DNA of 64,000 nucleotides, taken from positions 32,550,001 through 32,614,000 of the forward strand of contig NC_088795.1 of assembly GCF_011386835.1 (NCBI RefSeq), in the 5' to 3' direction. The notes beneath the pieces were generated by a model. The model saw nothing but the letters and a program-made list of their open reading frames with translations, was not told where the DNA came from and made no database searches. The translations under genes were made by a program, and so were the position numbers. Position 1 is the stretch's first letter. Every line of letters begins with the position of its first letter. Below, one piece after another: positions 38,832-51,411 of this stretch. This DNA comes from Chrysemys picta bellii. Taxonomy: Eukaryota.

Positions 38832-39828
38832 CTTGTGCATGTGCATTATGATAGTCTTTAATTACCTGATCACATGCTATATGTATTAGTATTACACACC
38901 ATTTGATAACCTTAGAAGAATACGTAGCATTTTATAACTTTTCATATTTTTAACTTGTACTGATTCATAATGATCAATTTAGGGGGAGATATTGAAAGCC
39001 ATGACTTTTAATGGGAATTGGGCATTAAACTGCACCTCATGCCCTGAAAATTTCTGACTTTGATATGATAGGGAATCTTCTCTCTGAGGTATGTATTTTA
39101 TTTAAGTTTGTAGGAAAAATAGTGCCCTCTATTGTTTTATTTGAGAAAATGTGTGATCAGATAAAGATTGAATCACAATGCAAATACACAATTAGCAGTG
39201 TTAAGACTTCATATGCAACTTTGACTGGGCATTTCCTAATTTTTGAGTGTTAAAAGGAAATTCCATGGGAAAAAAACTTACTTTTCAAAGACTGGAGCCT
39301 TCGCTCTCCTGGACTTCAAAACTCTGCTGGCATGCAAACCATCATCAGTAACATGTAAATTCCATAGCCTGGAAAAAAAATTGACTGGACACCACTGAAA
39401 ATCCTGGAGGCTCTAGGTGGGAGCCTATGGACATTAGGAGCCATCCAGCTACAGAGATGCATCAGAACTTGGTTCCCTCCTACTCCCTCCCAAATTGCAC
39501 AGCAACCCTCCCTAAACCCTGTGTACAAGCCCCACAAGGGCCATTCCATTTTTGTGAATCTTAGACCGTGACCATGTGCAGCAGCCCAGACTCCTAAACT
39601 TTCTTCATGCACGAGCTGAAACAAGACTCTTTTGGCCATGCAAGCCCTCATTCCCTTTTCACCATGCAGCTTAGTTAGTCAAGCACTGCAGTGTGCAGTG
39701 AAGTTTTGCTTTAGGTGTGAAAGTTTAGTGAAAAAAACACAAAATGCAAGAGCAACGTGCAATTTTCAACTCCATCAAATCCAAACTAATTTTCACTGGA
39801 ATAAAAACGCATTCATCTTCTGTGTAGA

Positions 39829-40092
39829 TAGGAGCGGTGGCAGGGTTTTTGCTGCCCTAGGTGGCAGCGCTACTCCTCTGAACATTCAGGGGGGGTCCTT
39901 CCGCTCCGCGTCTTTTGGGCAACGGGTCCTGGAGCAAGTGAAGGACCCGCTGCCAAATTTCCATTGAAGACCCGGAGCGGAAGGACCGCCCACCCCCCGC
40001 CGAATTTCCGCCGAGGGCGGCAAAATGCCGCTCCCCAAATCCTGCCACGCTAGGTGACCGCCTATGGTCGCCTAGTGGAAGCGCCGGCCCTG
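39829..40092. mobile_element. GC-rich hAT MITE (CAGGGCCGG family)
   Basis: Right TIR GCGCCGGCCCTG; perfect 8-bp TSD TGTGTAGA (39821-39828, 40093-40100). Confidence 0.9.
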
Positions 40093-42786
40093 TGTGTAGA
40101 CTATTTCCATTTCCAATCCAGAGCTGCTTGAAAAATGTCTCAATTATTTATTTATTTATTTATTTATTTTATAATGGCAATTGCTAGGGGTATCACACTT
40201 CTGAAAACAAGGTCACTGATTTAGGTGCCTAAATATAGATTTGGAAGCCTAACGTCCTTTGTTTACATAAGGCCTGAAGGATTGGATCCAGCAATCTAGT
40301 TTTTAATAGTATCTGTAGTTTATTTTATGTGTTTATAGTATTCATTCTCCCTGCCATACTATCAATAAGGTGGATGGGATGAGAAAACTGTTACCTCAAT
40401 GACTTCAATATTCTACACACAACTAATCTTTATGTCTCGATGAACTAAAATCATACTAAATCACTGAAGAGCACTTTGCTATATTTTTAACATAAAATCA
40501 GGAATTAAATGTTTTACTTGTTTTATGGGTTTGTACTCTTTTGAATTTGAAAACTTTTACAGCGAATATTTTAAATTGATCAGAGATCCTGTAAACTGTG
40601 CCAGGAGTCAAGAGACAGTTTAAAGCAAAAGCTGGGTTCTTTAGATATGTGATTTATTTCTTGCTGATCAAGTCCCCATTTTGTCTGTTAATGTGAAATA
40701 GCTCAGTGGCCCATTAAAAGCAAACCAATATGTCATACTCAAAAAGAGAGGAAATGATTTTGGAGAAAAGTCCAAAAGTAACACAGAAATAGAAAAGTGA
40801 TGAATTATCTGACAACTGCAGATACCAGATGACTGCAAGATGATAGAGGGAGAGATTAACAAAATAGAAGAGTAAGCTACAAATTTAATCAAATGCCAGG
40901 ACATAATTGCAACAACTGGGAAGATAAATGCTGTATGCATAGAATCGTGCCAAATGTAATTTACAAATGTCTCAATCAATTGGTCTCTATGGATAGAGAA
41001 CCAGCTGAACTGACTTCAGAGAACTCTTGACGGCTCAATTGGCGCAAACTAGCTTACTATGCATGTCGCAGATAGAGAGGTTGTTTTATGGATGTTCTGA
41101 ATGTGGGAAAGCACACTGTTTTCATAGTAATGGTAGCTATTGACAGCATGATGGCACAGAGAGGATACAGAAAAATGGTACCTAATGTAGAATGAAGGGA
41201 TGTGAAAAATCCAATTGAGAACAATGGGATCTACAGAGTGCTGAATTCTCTTGAAAATCTTTGAGTCTTGGTTACGATTCCCACAGTAACTATAACTAGG
41301 ACCACTTGTGCATATATATTTTCTATTGTTGCATATGCTATTTAACAGAAGTGCTCTGGGGACATACTATGGTGCTATTGGAATGATAACTTTCATTTTT
41401 CCTGCCTGTTTTCTTTGCACTAAATTCTTACGTTTAATTGACTTCTGAAAATTCAATTTCCTTCTTTGTTTTACTAAACAAGGAACAGAGAGGGGAAAGT
41501 GAGTGATTTCACAGTGAAACGCTGATATCCATAGTATTTCAATGTATATGATGAGATTCAAGGGAATACAAAGAAAAAGGAAAGGTGCTGGCATAACCTG
41601 AGCCCTGTGCTCCCAGCATCCTGGGCAATTTCTCAAGCAGCCACAGCCTGTACTGCCGCAGCTTCACTGCTATCGTTGAGTGAGTTAGCTTTGATCTAGC
41701 TAGATCTTGCTGCTTTTGCCCTTTCTGGTTGCAGTATAGTCATATCCTTTGTCTGAGTATATCCTTGTATGATTGCTAAAATCTAGTTTCATATGTGCTG
41801 AGCTTGTATGTGCAGGGTACAGCATGATTTAAAAAACCTGTACAAAATCTGAAATGGATGATAGAGAGATTGGGGAAGGAGTTAGAATGAGCAGATTAAG
41901 CCATGAAATGCATCTTTTTTTGTGCTTTGGTAACTCAAATAGAATTTTACTTGGGCCGAAAACAAGCATGGTGAACTTCAGCCTAGGGTACAAGCATTTG
42001 AAAACATGAGTTCAAAATATAAGCTGAACTAGAACATAATTACCATCACTCTACTGCAATGCTAACAGTTAAACTAAGAGGAACCTTATATTTATATACA
42101 TTGGTATAGCAGGGCAAGCCATGTACACAACAAACAGGCTGTTCCCTGAGAATTTTCATTCGCATAAGATTAAAATGTTATATTTCCAAGTCTTGTAAAG
42201 CTATTTGCTATAGACATAATAATAAAAACGTGTTTCCACACATACAGATATTACTATGCCCGCTTTTGTTAGCAAACAGTTACATTTTCTAAAAAAGTTA
42301 TTGAAGTTACTATAAGGTCCTTTTTTGTGGTGGTCTTTACCTTTTCCTTCAGTTGACATTTCTCCCTCCCCCCCAATTGTCTTCTGCATCACAAAAATCT
42401 ATCCTCCCTACCAAATTAATTGGCTGCCCTCCCCATAATTTCCCTTCCAGTATCCGTTTATGCTCCTCTTCATGAGTTCATCTCTCATTCGAAGCACCCT
42501 GACTGGGCCTGCCTGCCTCTCTCTTGCTGCTGGTGAAGCCAAACCTGTCAAGGTGTGTCTGCTTCCAATTCCGGAGTGAGGGCACAAGGGAGATGAGCTA
42601 GATGATGGGGAAACCCCTTGCAGACCAAGAAGGAAAAGACTCTTTTTAGCCCCCCCCCCCCTTTTTTTAAATCATATCTGCCATGCTGTAGCCTCTTGGG
42701 GACTAGAGAGGAGTCCAACTGAGGTGGAGAGAAAGCCAAAGATGCCAGGAAATGGGCTGGTAACTAGGCTGGTCTGGTGTCACATG

Positions 42787-42976
42787 TAGGGTTACCAGAT
42801 ATCCTGATTGTAAAGGGACAGTCCCAATATTCGGGGCTTTGTCTTATATAGGTGCCTATTATCCCCACAACCCCGGTCCCGATTTTTCACACCTGCTATC
42901 TCATGTGACACATCCTAGTCACATGAGATGCAGCAATAGAGTCCCTAGCAGAGTGGTCATGCATGTGGTCACCCTA
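42787..42976. mobile_element. hAT MITE (TAGGGTGACCA family) with a rearranged right end
   Basis: Body matches the copies at 26113 and 38710. The right TIR is displaced by ~65 bp of extra sequence containing inverted and direct copies of the TSD GTCACATG. Confidence 0.85.
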
Positions 42977-45077
42977 GTCCCCACCCTGCTTTCTGCAGAG
43001 GGATCTCTCGCAGATGCTAAAGGCCACAATTGAATCCTTGGGTGGCCCAGTGCAGAGGCAATAGGATCCTCTGCTATATGGATATACTTTAAACTGTGAA
43101 TAAAAAGTGTGGATGAGTTGTGGTACTTATTTCAGGCCTTAACCTGGAGCAGGGGGCTGGGACTGGGGTGTGTGTGTGTCTCTTTCCATTGACTTCAATA
43201 GGCTTGGACCAAGCCCTAAGTAATCTACAGTTAGAAAATTTATTTGCTGCTTTACTTATCGCTGATCTTCCTTTTGAGGTTTGGGTTGTATATGTATTAA
43301 TTTTAACTAAGAATCTTTCTTAATCTTCTCTGATTGAAGGGTTTTTTTGGTGGTTGTAGATTTATAGCTATAAATTTGGGCTCGAGTACTGCAGTCCTTA
43401 TGTAGGCAAAATTCTCATTGCCTTCATCAATGGGCGTTACATGATCATACCCACAGATAACTAGGATTCTTGCAACATAGTGAAAATATAAAATTCAAAC
43501 CAGTCATGCTTTGTTCCAAAAGAACTTGTAAAGCTGAATATGGGGCCTGAGAAACACACAAGTGTTCCTTTTAATGTTTTTATGAGCTATCTTAAGGTTT
43601 AAAAAAAAAAAAAGAAAAAGGATCCATTTCTTTACAAGTGGTTTAATCCCACTTAGTGTGGTTATAATCCAGATGACACTCTCGAGGGATAGGGAGGAGC
43701 ATTGCCAATGTTCCTTGTGTTGAAAGGTTCGCAAAGGAGAAACAGATCATATTCAGTGGTTTGATAAATGGCTTAACATCCACCGCCAGAAGAAAGAACA
43801 TTACTATAAAGCTATTTTGTTTTCTTTTGAGGAAAAAAAAAAGATGGTGTCCCCACTATTACCTTTCAACTGAGGATCTTCAAATAGAAAAATCTTATTA
43901 ATTCTAAAAGGTAATTTACAAGCGTTTGTTGGAATTATCAGACCAAATCCTCTATATCAGGCAGTTGGCTTTCATTTAACAACATAACTCACGATTTTTA
44001 TTGAATTGTTATTTTACCAAGACAAAAGTTTTGGGTTTGAAGAAGCTGAATCAGAGCTCAAAGCAGCAGTGATGCTAACCCAAAGCTATCATTTTATAAT
44101 GAATTTGCACTTTCAATACCTGAACAAATATTTTATTTATTTATTTATTTATTTATTAATTAATTTTTAGGGTTATATGCTGTACAGGTTGTTCTGCAAG
44201 TTGGAAGTGTAGTTTATCCTAAAAATGACACCAGATGCTATGTCAGGTAAATCACCAACATTTTGTGAAATCTGTTTTTGTGATTGAGTACACTTTTTAA
44301 AATGTTGCTGGTGGTAGCACGTCATTTGTTCAGCACAGACCACAGTTTGTTGTGATGGTATTTCTTTATTTTAATCAGACATTTATTTCTTACAAGCAAT
44401 GTGATGAGGTTGCCACGCTGAGCAGAGGTATTGTAAAGGATCAGTATTGATGTCCTCCTTTCCAAGAAGTATTCTTAATAAGCTTTGTTTAAAAAACTAA
44501 AAACCAAATTCCTTTTCTTTAATATAATTAACACTGTTTCCTATTTTTAACAATTCCCTAGTAGAATAGGTTATGAGTAAATAAAGAAATAAACTAAAAA
44601 ATGTTGTTTCAAATATCCCATATTCGATAACCTCTCCCTTCTTGTATTAAAAAGAATCATGATTTTATCCAACCCAAGTGGAACAGGAGTTCCACTTATT
44701 AGCAGTTTGTGCACAGCCATCTCAGTATTGGAGAAGACATTACTGGGTTAGTCCCACCAGCTAATAAAGGCAATATAATCACAACTACACAGTCTGATTT
44801 AACACAACCAGTGTATCTCCTACTTGCAATGTGTCCATTTGCTCTGCCAGATTCTCCATCTGTCTCCTTATAGTAGGAAAAAGAAATGGGCTGAATAGGT
44901 ATTTAAACAGAGTAATCTGTGAACTGTTACAATTTACTTTGTTAATGAACATTCTCTGTCCCAAAGAGCTTAAATCTCAGAGCCTGCTGATGCAGGCAGA
45001 TTTGGGTCATATATGATCAATCAATGTTTGGCTAATGGAAACTTTAGTTTCACATTTTATAATATATGGAGATATAC

Positions 45078-45250
45078 CTATCTCATAGAACTGGAAGGGA
45101 CCCTGAAAGGTCGAGTCCAGCCCCCTGCCTTCACTAGCAGAACCATGTACTGATTTTGCCCCAGATCCCTAAGAGGCCCCCTCAAGGATTGAACTTACAA
45201 CCCTGGGTTTAGCAGGCCAATGCTCAAACCACTGAGCTATCCCTCCCCCT
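45078..45250 (-). mobile_element. Turtle tRNA-derived Pol III SINE
   Basis: Reverse complement begins GGGGGAGGGATAGCTCAGTGGTTTGAGCATTGGCCTGCTAAACCCAGGGTTGTAAGTTCAATCCTTGAGG; CR1-like tail. Confidence 0.92.
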
Positions 45251-47359
45251 TCTTTGGCAATTTCCAGTTTGTACCAGTGGTATTTGTATTTCCTCATCCT
45301 ACTGAAAAAGTGTAATACTAGACAATTGAGGCATAAAGATCAGAGCAATCAGCTGATAATCTTTAAAATTTCATTCACCTTCTCTTCCGCCCTCCCCCAG
45401 TTATACATTACTCTGGAAAGATCACATTTCTGCAAACTTCTGTTGGCTGCGGTCACATGGAAGTAATCACAAAAATGGTAGTCATCTTACACTGATGATA
45501 TCGTTTCTTTATGGCCAGTGGACTTTTGACTTCCATGTTGAATTTTGCTGTTGCATGGTAGAGGTGCTGTTCTGTTCCAAGTATTGCATATATCACTTTA
45601 TGCTTAAAGTCCCGCTTGTATGGACTTGGATCACAAGGATCTTGACAGCAATGTGCTGTGACAATGGTCTAGTCACAAGTTACAGGACCGATCCTGCACC
45701 ACTGATGTGTATGAGAGTTTTTTCCATTGACTTAAATGGGAGCAGGATGAGGCCCATGTACAACAAAGATAAAGTTTGCAAAGTTTAAAGTTTAAATGTA
45801 GAATGATTGTACATTGCCGAAATGTTATTTTTTTCTGCATTTAAGTCACTTGGCTTCACAAAACATTAAGCCTAGAGATAAAACACAATTTTTATATCAT
45901 GGTTTTCTGCTTACTTCAAAAAAGCCCATTTTAACAAAAATACAGAACTTATACCAAAATACAGGCCATTTCTTGTGACTGAAACTTTTAGAAGTCATGA
46001 ACTCGATTCTTATCTGGTATAAACTGTTGAAACAACACTGACATGAATAGAGTTACTCTTATTTACATTAGGTGAGGATCTGGCCGTATGTGGCTTAAAA
46101 CAAAAATCACAGAATTCTACAAGATAAAACAAAATCATTTAATACAATATTTTGTAAAATTTAATAAAACTGAACTAAAGTCTACTGAAGTCCCTGGTAA
46201 TCTTCCCATTTACCCAAATAGGCTTTGATTCAGACCCTAAACTTCCTAAACAATTGCAATGTATCTGTTATTTTATAGATTTTTTTTTTCTGTGTATAAT
46301 TTGAGATAGGCCTGAACACATCCAAACTTTAGGAAAGTGAATCTGAATCCAAATCTGATTTTCACAATTGGCTCCTTTTTGTATATTGGACTGAAACATA
46401 ACCCATCCATATATCTCTCAAACTTTTTGGCCAATTTCAGATAGCTTTACTCATCTTGGGTAGGTAGCACTATACTCTGAGAATAGATCCAATGACTTGA
46501 GCGGGACCATTCATAGAGTCAAAGTACTATTCAGTATGAATATGGTGTTCATAATCTGAACCTAGGAAAGTTCACATTGGGAGTATAGTGAACCAAACCT
46601 GGAGTATAGTGAATCAAATAGTCACTACTGACATTTTAGTAGAGAAAAGATGAAGTCATACTTGGAAAAATATAGATATTTAATTTCATTCTGGCATTAA
46701 CTTGCAACTGCTTATGGAATATTTTGAAGAACACTTTTTGGATTGCTAAATTGTAACTAGTGCTGCAAAGTAATGAGTGCTGTTTGGCAGACGGAAAAAT
46801 TCCCAAAGGGGAAAGATAGAGTAGACTTTAGGAAAAAGTAGTAGTATAACAGTAAGGTCAATTAGATAATGGAATAATTTGTGGGAAATTGTTATTAAAG
46901 CCTCAATAGTAGAGATGGTCTGTACTGGACTAGATAATATACTATTGAGCGTAGTGTAGACTAAAATCCTTTACTACTGAAAGGGAAGGAACAGGAAGTT
47001 CTGATAATCCCTATTGTTTATCGTTCAAAGCACCAGTTATTTACACATACGTTGTCTTGCATTCTTTCATTTTATCTGTTTAGTATTTTTAACTTATTCA
47101 CTTAGTTTTCTAATCTTAACTATAAAAGTTGCTACTATCACCTCTTGTTTGCACTTGCTGAGTTGCAGATACCTTAAAAACATACCTGTGAGCTGAAATT
47201 TTCTATTATTGGCCTTTGCTTAAATATGATGTGGGTTTAGTTTTGGTTGTTTCTTTGGTGTGTCAAAGTACAAGGAAAATCTTTGATCGTTTATGTCTTA
47301 TGTGTATGACTAAGCACTTCCAACTGTAGAAAACTGTCACATTTTTTTCCCCTACATAA

Positions 47360-48400
47360 GCACATAGAAATTGCCACACTGCATGAGACTCATGGTCTGT
47401 TTACTTTGGTATTCTCTCTCGAACAATGGGCAGCACCTGACGTTTCAGAGGAAGATGCAAAAATCCCTGCTGCAGGCATACGTAGAATAATCTGCGTACA
47501 TGAAGATCTCATCCTCATCCCAAATAATTAGAGATTTTTCTTAAATTCTGAAGCATGAGATTTTATAACTTTCCCAACATTTTTGTTAGCCTTAAAAATA
47601 GTTAATGCTATGTTGCTATATCAACATATACAAGAATATAGTGGGGATACTGAAAGGTTAGGCCACGGGCGAAGAGTTGGAGATCCATCGCACCACACAG
47701 TGATGGCTCCTGTCCCCAGGGGGATGGACCAAGCTCCCGACTTTGGGTGTTGCAATCTGGCACATGTGGTCACAATCCCACTCAGGTTTGGCCCGTTCAC
47801 CCTTCTGTAGATGGAGATAGAAGGGCAGACAGGCCAACCCCAAGTGGTAGTGTAACCCTGTGCATGAAGTGGAAATGCCATTTGGTTTGGGGCCTAATCA
47901 AACGTGCCTTTACAGCCGTTTCTAAGATTTCATTGACTATTCAAATTTACAATTTCTGTGACCATCATGACCTCAGTGACAAAAATTATGGCTCTAACTA
48001 TTATTGGTGTCCATGCCCTCTTTGAATCTTGCTAAATTCTTGGTGTCAACAACATCCTGTAGCAATGAGTTTTCCAGTCTAATAATGTATGATATTTCCT
48101 TTTTATCAGTTTTGAATTTGCCACCTTTCAATTACATTGAATGTCCCCATGATTTTGTGTCTAATATTCATTTTAATTACCTTAGATAGGAAATGAGTAA
48201 GAGGGGGAGGTTATGATAAAAGTAAACAGTTCTAATCTTTTCAGTCTCTCTTCATACAAGAATTTTCCCGCGTCCCTAATAATTTTCATCATTCTTCTCT
48301 ACATTGACTCTAATTCTGTAATATTCCCTTTGACAAAGGATGACCAGTATTGCACAGAGTGTTTCAGATGTGTGTGTACTATCGCTGTATATAATCACAT
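47360..48400 (-). mobile_element. Old CR1 3' region, fragmented (unidentified insert ~47620-47990)
   Basis: CATAGAAATTGCCACACTG..GACTCATGGTC start; CCCTCTTTGAATCTTGCTAAATTC..CATCCTGTAGCAATGAGTT..TTCAGTCTCTCTTCATA antisense CR1 segments. Confidence 0.65.
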
Positions 48401-48569
48401 TACAATTAAAATGCAGCTTAATTTATGATGTAGATAGCCCTCATTAAGGGGTACCATACATCCAATACCAAAACAGAGAGAAAACTGGAAAGACAATGAG
48501 AGTTCAGTCCTTCAAGGTTCAGAGCACTCTAGTTACAAGTGGGAGCTAAGGGCACTCAGCACCTTGAAG

Positions 48570-49020
48570 GATATGGCCAAGAGATGTGGAAAAATTGGAA
48601 AAAGTCCAGAGAAGAGCAACAAAAATGATTAAAGGTCTAAAAAACATGACATATGAGGGAAGATTGAAAATATAGAGTTTGTTTAGTCTGGAGAAGAGAA
48701 GACTGAGGGTGGACATAATAGTCTTCAAGTACATGGAGGAGGGAGGAGGAGGGAGAAAAATTGTTCTGCTTAACCTTTGAGGATAGGACAAGAAGCAAGG
48801 GGCTTAAATTGCAGCAAGGGAGGTTTAGGTTGTACATTAGAAAAAACTTCCTAGCTGTTAGGGAGGTTAAGCATTGGAATAAATTGTCCAGGGAGGTCGT
48901 GGAATCTCCATCATCGGAGATTTTTAAGAGCAAGTTAGATGAACATCTCTCAGAGATGGTCTAGATAATACTGGACTAGATGACCTCTTGAGGTCACTTC
49001 CAGTCCTCCTATTCTACGAT
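48570..49020 (+). mobile_element. CR1 3' end
   Basis: Encodes [71 protein letters not shown]; tail GACCTCTTGAGGTCACTTCCAGTCC..ATTCTACGAT. Confidence 0.93.
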
Positions 49021-49734
49021 AATATGAAAAGTAACGGACATTTGAAAATTATATACTGAATGTGTCCAGGACAACCTTTCACTGTCTGAGAGTCTGCACT
49101 TCTAAAGAGAGATTCTATTCATGTGGGTATTTATTCCAGATTGTAGATCTTTGTGTTTTCTAAATTGCTGGTGCCTCTTAGTTAGACCACTGTGGACTTT
49201 GCTAAGGATCTGAGCAATTGCCAATTGGCCAGTGACACTCCTAACTCTGCCAATGAACGTTTTCTTTGGATTTTCCCTCTTCCACCGTTTCCCTTTTCCA
49301 CCTCTTGTTTCTCCATTTTATTTGAAAAGTTACCCTAGAAAATAAAATTCAAAACACCCTGTCTTGAGACTGTTAAAACTGCATAGATAAAAATTGGAAA
49401 AAGTGAAAAAATACACAATTCCCAAAGCAATCTGAAGATTGCATTTCTTTAAGGTGGGGTTTTGCATGCTATATTAGATTTCAGTTAAGGTATTAACCTT
49501 CTAATTACAATTTTGCTCCTTACTAGATGAGCAGAAGTAAGGGGCCCTATGTAAGCTAGAATTTTCTTTGTAGATGTGGAACCCACAAAATATCTGAGTC
49601 TGCGTCACTACAGCTGCACAGGCTGTATAGTATTCTGAAGATCTCTTTGCCCCGTGCAACAGTGCCAACTGAGTCAGAAAAAGTCATTAGCATATGAAAG
49701 AGGTAGTAACTTTATATTTTAATTAATAATAAAT

Positions 49735-50842
49735 ATCAGTGATACCAGTAGTACAGAACTGCCAGAGTGATCAAATGGAATTAAAAGGAGAAGAAAAAAT
49801 GTGATGTCTGAACAAGAAAGATTTTGGTGATGGATAGAATAATGAATATCAGCGAAGGTGTAGACAGGATGAACATCTGATGATATACTGGAGGAAGATG
49901 CTATCTGTAGAGGAAGCAATAGATAATGAGGAATTTAATATAAAAATTACATGAGGAGTCATCCAGAGTAAAAGATCATCTGCCCATGACAACAAGCAGT
50001 GGACCGAATGTGTATCCCAACCCAAGAAAACAACATGGAAAAAAAGCAGAAAGCAAATTGTCAAAGAGAGACTCTGAAAGGTTACATAGAAATCAATGCA
50101 TGAACAGTGGTGGAGAGAGAGAGACTCCACTAATGACTAAAGGTTAACAAACTCATGGCTTGAAGAAGAATATCTCAAAAGAGAGAAACAGACCGCCTCG
50201 TTCTGAGGGCACGAGAACAGTCCTTATGGCTTAATTATGTTAGAAACAAAACTGACTAACAGAACTGCTCCCTGAACTGAAAAATGTGTTCCAAAAAGGA
50301 AGAGACCATGGAGCACATGTTCAGCATCTGCAGGAGCCTGGCTGGGAGAGAATATCTGTCTGTTCATAATGAGGTCTGCATTGGAGCCTCTGGCAAGTAT
50401 AGATTTAAACGAGGCATGTAGTATTACAACTACCAAATTGAAAGTGCTCTAGAGCATGAAGAGGCTAAGAGTTTATGGGATCTGGCAATTATCATGGTCA
50501 GAATGATGCAGGCAAACAGGCCTGATGTAGATGTTGTAGAAAAGAAGACAGACAAGACAATATTAATTGATTTTGCCATACCAACAGACAAACATAAAAG
50601 AGAAACAATAAGAGAAGACAGTGAAGTATGAGGAATTCTGCCATGAAGTGGAACGATTATTGAAAACTAGAACAAAGATGATCTCAGTGATTATGGGAGC
50701 ACTTGGAGTGCTCAATGAGCAGCTCAAGAAAACATTAGGAGGGCAAGACATCCCGATCAGTGACTTCCAGAAGACAGCGCTCATAGGCACTACAAGAATT
50801 GCAAGGAAAGTCAAAGCAGAACAAAACCATTTGAGCACCTAA
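49735..50842 (+). mobile_element. Dong/R4-type non-LTR retrotransposon relic (RT thumb, CCHC knuckle, restriction-like endonuclease)
   Basis: Fragmentary translation: VDRMNI..TGGR (RT end); WLEEEYLKRETDRLVLRAREQSL; N*KMCSKKEETMEHMFSICRSLAGREYLSVHNEVC (CCHC); LWDLAI..QANRPDVDVVEKKTDKTILIDFAIPTD (PD..D); KYEEF..EVERL..VIMGALG..QKTALIGTTRIARKV. Confidence 0.85.
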
Positions 50843-50865
50843 AATGCAGAGACTGGGATGTGAGC

Positions 50866-51248
50866 TGTCATATCTAGTAGTTGGAGCAAGAGTCAGTGCT
50901 GAGGGTCAGAACCAAAGTCAGAAGCCAGATTTCAGAGCCAAGGGTCAGAGCCGAAGTCATGAATTGGAGCCCAGGGTCAGAGCTGGGTTACCTGGAGCGA
51001 GGCAAGGCTGGGCCCAGGGCTGGGTCCAAGGCTGGAAAAAAGCAGCTATCACAGCCACAGGGAAATGCTTTGAGCAGCCAAAAAACTGCTGCTGCTGGGC
51101 TTAAGACCTGATCTGCTGACTCTTCCTTCCAGTCAGGTGGTGATGCCAATAGGAAGCCTACTACAGGCCAGCTACACTTGTTAGATTGCCTGGAGATGGG
51201 CTCTTCTGCAGGCCCTGATTCCTGATGGATTTAGCAAAACTCCTGACT
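50866..51248. mobile_element. Probable solo LTR (Gypsy-type) with GGGTCAGAGC subrepeats
   Basis: Starts TGTCA and ends near CCTGAC; repeated (A/G)GGTCAGA(G/A)C(C) units are typical of turtle LTRs. TSD not confirmed. Confidence 0.5.
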
Positions 51249-51387
51249 ACCCAAACCTAGAGTTGGTTCATGGTCAGGATTTATTGGTGACTCGTGGGGA
51301 TAAATTTTAGACAGTAGCTTCCCTCTTTGGACACTCAAAGATCTTGTATACTGTGTAGGCTATTTTTTTTTTTAAATCTTTGAAATT

Positions 51388-51411
51388 ACACACACACACA
51401 CACACACACAC
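51388..51411. repeat. (AC)n microsatellite
   Basis: Direct reading of the sequence. Confidence 0.95.

Noticed and set aside
43717-43872. Plus frame VRKGETDHIQWFDKWLNIHRQKKEHYYKAILFSFEEKKK as an exon
   Set aside because: The acceptor is mediocre, there is no good donor before the stop, and the frame crosses an A-homopolymer.
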